Shown here in pieces: positions 28,548 through 32,261 of a DNA stretch of 32,261 bases; the first letter of the stretch is position 1, and each line of letters opens with the position of its first letter. A program made the translations under genes and the position numbers. The stretch is from positions 1 to 32,261 of IMG/VR virus record IMGVR_UViG_3300049200_000026; one strand, 5' to 3'. The stretch comes from a virus (lineage: Duplodnaviria > Caudoviricetes). A model generated the notes under the pieces. The model did not search any database. It saw only the letters and a list, made by a program, of their open reading frames with translations, and was not told where the DNA came from.

Positions 28548-28631
28548 GATTGTATCTCCTTAATTTTCTACGTTACGTTTTAACCCAGTTAAATTTCCAA
28601 TCTAATCGGGCATACTTTTACTTACGGAACT

Positions 28632-28660
28632 ATTGTAACATAAGTTAGAACTAATGTCAA
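28632..28660 (-). promoter_or_regulatory. Sigma70-type promoter
   Basis: TTGACA-N17-TACAAT with extended -10 TG, read on the - strand. Confidence 0.8.
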
Positions 28661-28794
28661 GGGAAAAGTTTTGTTAAATTGTTGCAAATAAAGGAGTTAT
28701 AGAACTTAAAATCTGCGCCAACCTTTGGACTCTAATAACCGATATTCTATTTAACACAGTTAAATCAGACATTTTAACCCCGAATTTTGGTTTA

Positions 28795-28854
28795 GTTAAT
28801 TGGTCATACCATTATTAGTCAGACCAATTAACCAAACTGGTCAGACCAATTAAC
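28795..28854. repeat. Three tandem AATTGGTCnnACCAATT-like boxes
   Basis: 28798 AATTGGTCATACCATTA, 28813 TATTAGTCAGACCAATT, 28835 AACTGGTCAGACCAATT; exact 15-bp direct repeat at 28818 and 28840. Confidence 0.8.
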
Positions 28855-29057
28855 TTTCGTCACAATTGACCGCTATTGAATTTTTATTGGGCAGGCTATA
28901 CCTTACCATAGGCAAGGCAATAAAAATTGATTGTAGGGCATCCTAAGCAAAATACAGATATTCTATTGACAGGCTATAGGGCGTTATGCTCTTATTCACT
29001 CGGCGGCAATAAGGCTGCCACAATGTTTGTTTGACAATGAAATAAGAGAGATGAATC

Positions 29058-29264
29058 ATGAAGATTGAAAAGCTAGAATTAGTATTAGGTAGCAATCTAC
29101 ACTTTGAGACCGACAAGATTTTGATTTTAGGTTATGAGTCACATGAGGCAATGAGGAATGCAGAATGGAAACCAGATAGTTTAGAATGGAGATTACAAAC
29201 AACGATTACATTTATCTATGGCGAAGTAATTGTTGTTTATGACAAGCGAGAATTTTGTATCTAA
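29058..29264 (+). CDS. Hypothetical protein, lone + strand gene in the early arm
   Basis: 68 aa ORF ending just before a bidirectional terminator. Confidence 0.5.
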   Translation: MKIEKLELVLGSNLHFETDKILILGYESHEAMRNAEWKPDSLEWRLQTTITFIYGEVIVVYDKREFCI

Positions 29265-29282
29265 TAGATAAACTTATAAAAC

Positions 29283-29316
29283 AAAAGGCAGGCTATTTAT
29301 TTAGCCTGCCTTTTTT
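29283..29316. terminator. Bidirectional intrinsic terminator
   Basis: AAAAGGCAGGCTA-tttatt-TAGCCTGCCTTTTTT between convergent ORFs. Confidence 0.85.
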
Positions 29317-29337
29317 ATTACCTATTTGATCTTACCA

Positions 29338-29742
29338 CTAATGCTTCTGATGGTAGCAAGTCGTAATAGATACCATCCAATTACTATCAGGTAGTATCTC
29401 GCCCGCTACTACTGACTTGCAAAACTTATATGCGTCTGAAAATCCAGCCCATTCTATAGGCTCTCTCCCATGCGATAGGTAGGCTATCTGATAAGCGTAT
29501 AGCTGGATTATTGGGTGATGGTTAACAAAGTATGTGCCTATGCCGTACTTCTTATCACAATTCCATATACGCTCTATCATGTCATTCAATGAGCGTATCA
29601 ATCCGCTAACATTGCAAGCTGATTGGGAGTCAATAGCGTTTCGATAATCGTCTATAGTCGGTAGCTTATGGCTTTCTGCAATGTGATTACACATTTCACT
29701 AGAAAATGTGGATTCTATTCCGCAGTATTCGCATTTATACAT
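29338..29742 (-). CDS. Hypothetical protein with N-terminal C2H2-like Zn finger
   Basis: YKCEYCG..F.....NHIAESH; GGAG RBS. Confidence 0.65.
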   Translation of the reverse strand: MYKCEYCGIESTFSSEMCNHIAESHKLPTIDDYRNAIDSQSACNVSGLIRSLNDMIERIWNCDKKYGIGTYFVNHHPIIQLYAYQIAYLSHGREPIEWAGFSDAYKFCKSVVAGEILPDSNWMVSITTCYHQKH

Positions 29743-29744
29743 GA

Positions 29745-30011
29745 TTATTTACTCTCCTTTGTATTGTTCTCAACATTATCTGCGTCTACTACCCACGCTA
29801 TATAGTTCTTTCTTTTCGCAACATAGATTGGCTTGTGAGTAGCAAATAGCTTAGGAAAGCGCCTAGCAAATTCGTCCAGATTCATGCATCTACGCGCGCC
29901 GGCTTTCAGCTTACAAATAGCCCTAGCTTGCACTATTGAATGTGTAACATCTTCCTTGATTATGCCCTTAGTTGTTTTGACTTTGTGGTAAGAGTAGATT
30001 GTGTATCTCAT
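29745..30011 (-). CDS. Hypothetical basic protein
   Basis: GAGG RBS; 88 aa. Confidence 0.6.
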   Translation of the reverse strand: MRYTIYSYHKVKTTKGIIKEDVTHSIVQARAICKLKAGARRCMNLDEFARRFPKLFATHKPIYVAKRKNYIAWVVDADNVENNTKESK

Positions 30012-30038
30012 TTTGCTATCCTCACTTTGTTTCTGGTT

Positions 30039-30070
30039 AAAAAAAGTGAGAAGCTATTTCTAGCTTCTCA
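30039..30070 (-). terminator. Intrinsic terminator downstream of the ParB-like gene
   Basis: TGAGAAGCTA-GAAA-TAGCTTCTCA then CTTTTTTT on the - strand. Confidence 0.8.
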
Positions 30071-30092
30071 TAGTCACCACACGGTTAAATTG

Positions 30093-31181
30093 TTATTCGT
30101 CTGTATCTTCGTATTCCGACGAATCCATCTCATCGTCTTCCTCATCTGCCATAGGATTCTTTTTAACCGCTTTAGTAGCCTTCTTAGCGGCTTTCTTAGC
30201 GGCTTTCTTTTCCTTTGGTGAAGAGAAATCAACATCACTGAGCCAAGCCAAATCAATCTTATCTCGCTTAGCGATCTTAATGGTGTCGGTAATTGTACGC
30301 TTCATAAAGAAGCAATCCAGCACAAGCCTGATTTCAAGCGGCACATTCTCCGAATCATCAGCAAGGGATTTGAGCCAAGCTATACCTTGATTCTTGCGCC
30401 CTTCGCCTGTGATCTTACGTGCGCCAGCTACTCCGCTAACGTCGGCAGTCTTAACTTTAGTTCTGCCTGATTCATTGGCTTTTTTGATTGTTTCGGCCAA
30501 AGCTGATTTGATTTTATCCTCATCATAAACCTTTTGACCGTCTTTCTTGAGTGGCTTATTATCCTTGCCAGTCTTTTGAAATTTAGAGCTGACAAAGGCC
30601 GATGCCTCCTTAACTCCAATCTTACCAGCTTTAACCGCATCATAGAGCGGTTTTACAGCAGTCACGTCTAACACCTGACTCACGTACACATGGGAAAATC
30701 CCGTCTGTGCGCCAATCTGTTCAAGTGTACACCCCAAGTCCCGCAATGTCCTAAATGACTGCGCTCTAGTTTGTACGTCGTCCTCATAACGCCAAGTATT
30801 GCGAGCCACACTCTGGGCTAGGATGTCCCTGATTTCCTCATCCGTAGTAGGTTTATCGCAGAGGATAACTGGAATGAGAAGTAATTTGCCATTCTCAGCC
30901 TTAGTCAGACCTTGCCTTGCTAGTTCTTGAATGGCTGTCATGCGTTGTCTACCTGAAACTAGTTTGAATTTATTACCCTCTGGATAGCCAATGGTGGCAT
31001 CAAGTATACCGACTTGCTTAATTGAAGCGGTCAATTCATCAATCTTCTCAAGACTCCACTGCTCTCTAGCTCTATTAAGCTGTGGAATGTCGGTAAATTC
31101 GCAAGACGATGGTTTGACGAATACCACTTTGCCAACCAATGATTTGCCGTCACTCGATTTAACAGTCTTAAATGTGTTCAT
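30093..31181 (-). CDS. parB: ParB/Spo0J-family DNA-binding protein (ParB N-domain plus HTH, histone-like and acidic tail)
   Basis: IDELTASIKQVGIL (box I), LVSGRQRMTA (GxxRxxA), RNTWR (ENxxR position), HTH TLEQIGAQTGFSHVYVSQVL, LYDAVKAGKIG; GAGG RBS. Confidence 0.85.
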   Translation of the reverse strand: MNTFKTVKSSDGKSLVGKVVFVKPSSCEFTDIPQLNRAREQWSLEKIDELTASIKQVGILDATIGYPEGNKFKLVSGRQRMTAIQELARQGLTKAENGKLLLIPVILCDKPTTDEEIRDILAQSVARNTWRYEDDVQTRAQSFRTLRDLGCTLEQIGAQTGFSHVYVSQVLDVTAVKPLYDAVKAGKIGVKEASAFVSSKFQKTGKDNKPLKKDGQKVYDEDKIKSALAETIKKANESGRTKVKTADVSGVAGARKITGEGRKNQGIAWLKSLADDSENVPLEIRLVLDCFFMKRTITDTIKIAKRDKIDLAWLSDVDFSSPKEKKAAKKAAKKATKAVKKNPMADEEDDEMDSSEYEDTDE

Positions 31182-31292
31182 ATTTTTCCTCGTTTTTTAA
31201 CTACGTTAAATTTTTTGCTACTAAGTAGCAGTTATAGAGTAAAGTCTACTCAAGAAAGAGCTAGTAATTACTAGCTCGATCTTCAAAAGACT

Positions 31293-31523
31293 TTAGCAAT
31301 AGATTGGAAGTTTACCGCTATCTAGTTTATCTTCCTTAGTAAAGACAAGATAGGTTTTGTTAGTGTCCATTTCATAGCAAGCGGCGTAATTCCATCCCTT
31401 GTTGCTGTGAGCTATTCTCTCTTCATTAATCACCGCCTGACGCTGATAATTCCAGCTATAGCCAGTGATGGTAACTAACGCCATATTCTCGAAATCATCT
31501 CTAAAGATTAGTATGTGTGACAT
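31293..31523 (-). CDS. Hypothetical early protein (start revised to ATG 31523)
   Basis: GAGGAG RBS; first gene after the promoter at 31626. Confidence 0.6.
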   Translation of the reverse strand: MSHILIFRDDFENMALVTITGYSWNYQRQAVINEERIAHSNKGWNYAACYEMDTNKTYLVFTKEDKLDSGKLPIYC

Positions 31524-31597
31524 GTGTTGACTCCTCACTTTGTTTAACCGTGTTAAATTTCTGCCTAATTCAAACTACACTTGTAGAATGAATCGCA

Positions 31598-31626
31598 AGT
31601 CTATCCTTATATAGAGCAAAAGTCAA
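31598..31626 (-). promoter_or_regulatory. Sigma70-type promoter for the ParB-containing early operon
   Basis: TTGACT-N17-TAGACT on the - strand. Confidence 0.7.
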
Positions 31627-31749
31627 ACGATTCGAGAAAATAATAAGTCCTTTAGAATCAACAGGTTACAGACTATGCTTGTAAAGATAATCGCCTATTT
31701 TGGCTAACAAGGCTACTAGGTTGGTCAAAAACGTAATGGTCTTATAAAT

Positions 31750-31937
31750 TTGAACGTGTTCAATTATTTTTGAACGTGTTCAAAAAGTACTTTGTGTCAT
31801 AAAGTAGTGAGCAAAATACAGTATTTTAGCCATAAAAACACGTATTTTAATAGATTGTTCACTGGGAAACAATCCATGAAATGACTGATTTAACCGTGTT
31901 AAACTGCTACTTTTGATATATTGTTCACTGGGAAACA
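31750..31937. repeat. Paired repeats in the non-coding end
   Basis: TTGAACGTGTTCAA at 31750 and 31770; ATTGTTCACTGGGAAACA at 31854 and 31920. Confidence 0.9.
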
Positions 31938-32176
31938 TTCTTTATAAAGTACTTTATAGCATAAAGCAATTAGCAATTTACAGCATTTTCTTCCTATGGC
32001 TTTGCAATAGGAGAGAGCAATTCTCATTGGGAAGATGTACATCTTGAGCAATAGAAAATATAGAATTGCGGTAATAGTTATTTATGGCCTTTGGCCTGAA
32101 AGGCCATTGGCCTTATTCTATATTCCTTATTTTTATTTTTTTTTATTTTTTAGTATAAGTTTAACTAATAGTAAAA

Positions 32177-32205
32177 TTGACTTGTATTAGTTATGCTTAT
32201 ATACT
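32177..32205 (+). promoter_or_regulatory. Sigma70-type promoter pointing out of the window
   Basis: TTGACT-N17-TATACT. Confidence 0.7.
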
Positions 32206-32261
32206 TAAAGGGTGGAAGGGTGGGAATGCAAATCCTATAGATTTATAGATAGCCTCAGCAT

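Larger units (their letters stand above)
617..31903. repeat. Dispersed 15-bp palindrome TTTAAC-NNN-GTTAAA (28 perfect copies, 3 one-mismatch copies)
   Basis: Read by eye. Perfect copies start at 617, 1573, 2997, 3978, 5356, 7028, 8995, 10320, 11814, 13588, 15989, 16913, 17900, 19395, 21294, 22794, 23368, 23855, 25369, 26181, 26678, 27700, 27995, 28579, 28750, 31196, 31543, 31889. One-mismatch copies: 8347, 19939, 31158. Weaker copies: 12939, 20336, 30075. Confidence 0.97.

Noticed and set aside
28966-29036. + strand promoters from TTGACA at 28966 and 29031
   Set aside because: No good -10 box at 16-18 bp spacing
31750-31783. LexA SOS boxes
   Set aside because: Spacing is GAAC-N2-GTTC, not the GAAC-N4-GTTC Gram-positive box
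617-31903. Palindrome array as CRISPR repeats or integron attC sites
   Set aside because: Only 15 bp, spaced by hundreds to thousands of bp, also present inside essential genes; no cas operon or integron integrase. The Cas4-like gene is a common stand-alone phage nuclease.
617-31903. Palindrome as a rho-independent terminator
   Set aside because: AU-rich 6-bp stem, no consistent U-tract, and copies inside polymerase and primase genes
26181-31903. Triplet switch explained by CCGG restriction-site avoidance in early DNA
   Set aside because: CCGG still occurs in that region (near 27970 and 29899), so simple avoidance is not supported
31856-31937. Canonical chromosomal parS sites
   Set aside because: Four core mismatches to TGTTNCACGTGAAACA; kept only as parS-like in findings

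Overview
AT-rich fragment of a tailed dsDNA phage with podovirus-like organisation. The + strand (about 85-16400) is a virion module: Zn-ribbon protein, acidic scaffold-like protein, major capsid, probable decoration protein, adaptor, nozzle, three probable ejection proteins and small membrane/holin-like genes. The - strand (about 16500-31540) holds replication and early genes: MazG-like pyrophosphatase, DUF559/Vsr-like nuclease, Cas4-like nuclease, probable SSB, family A DNA polymerase, primase-helicase, PC4-like protein, many small hypotheticals and an orphan ParB-family HTH protein. A repeat-rich non-coding end follows. No terminase, portal, integrase, ParA, endolysin or tRNA was recognised in the window. 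The standout feature is a 15-bp palindrome, TTTAAC-NNN-GTTAAA. By manual reading it has 28 perfect copies and 3 one-mismatch copies spread over the whole window, about one per 1.1 kb. Copies sit at gene junctions, inside genes, downstream of two early promoters and immediately upstream of the ParB-like gene. I infer a phage-encoded ParB plus genome-wide operator array, analogous to KorB/O_B, Noc/NBS or mycobacteriophage stoperators. All product calls come from motifs and synteny; no searches were run.
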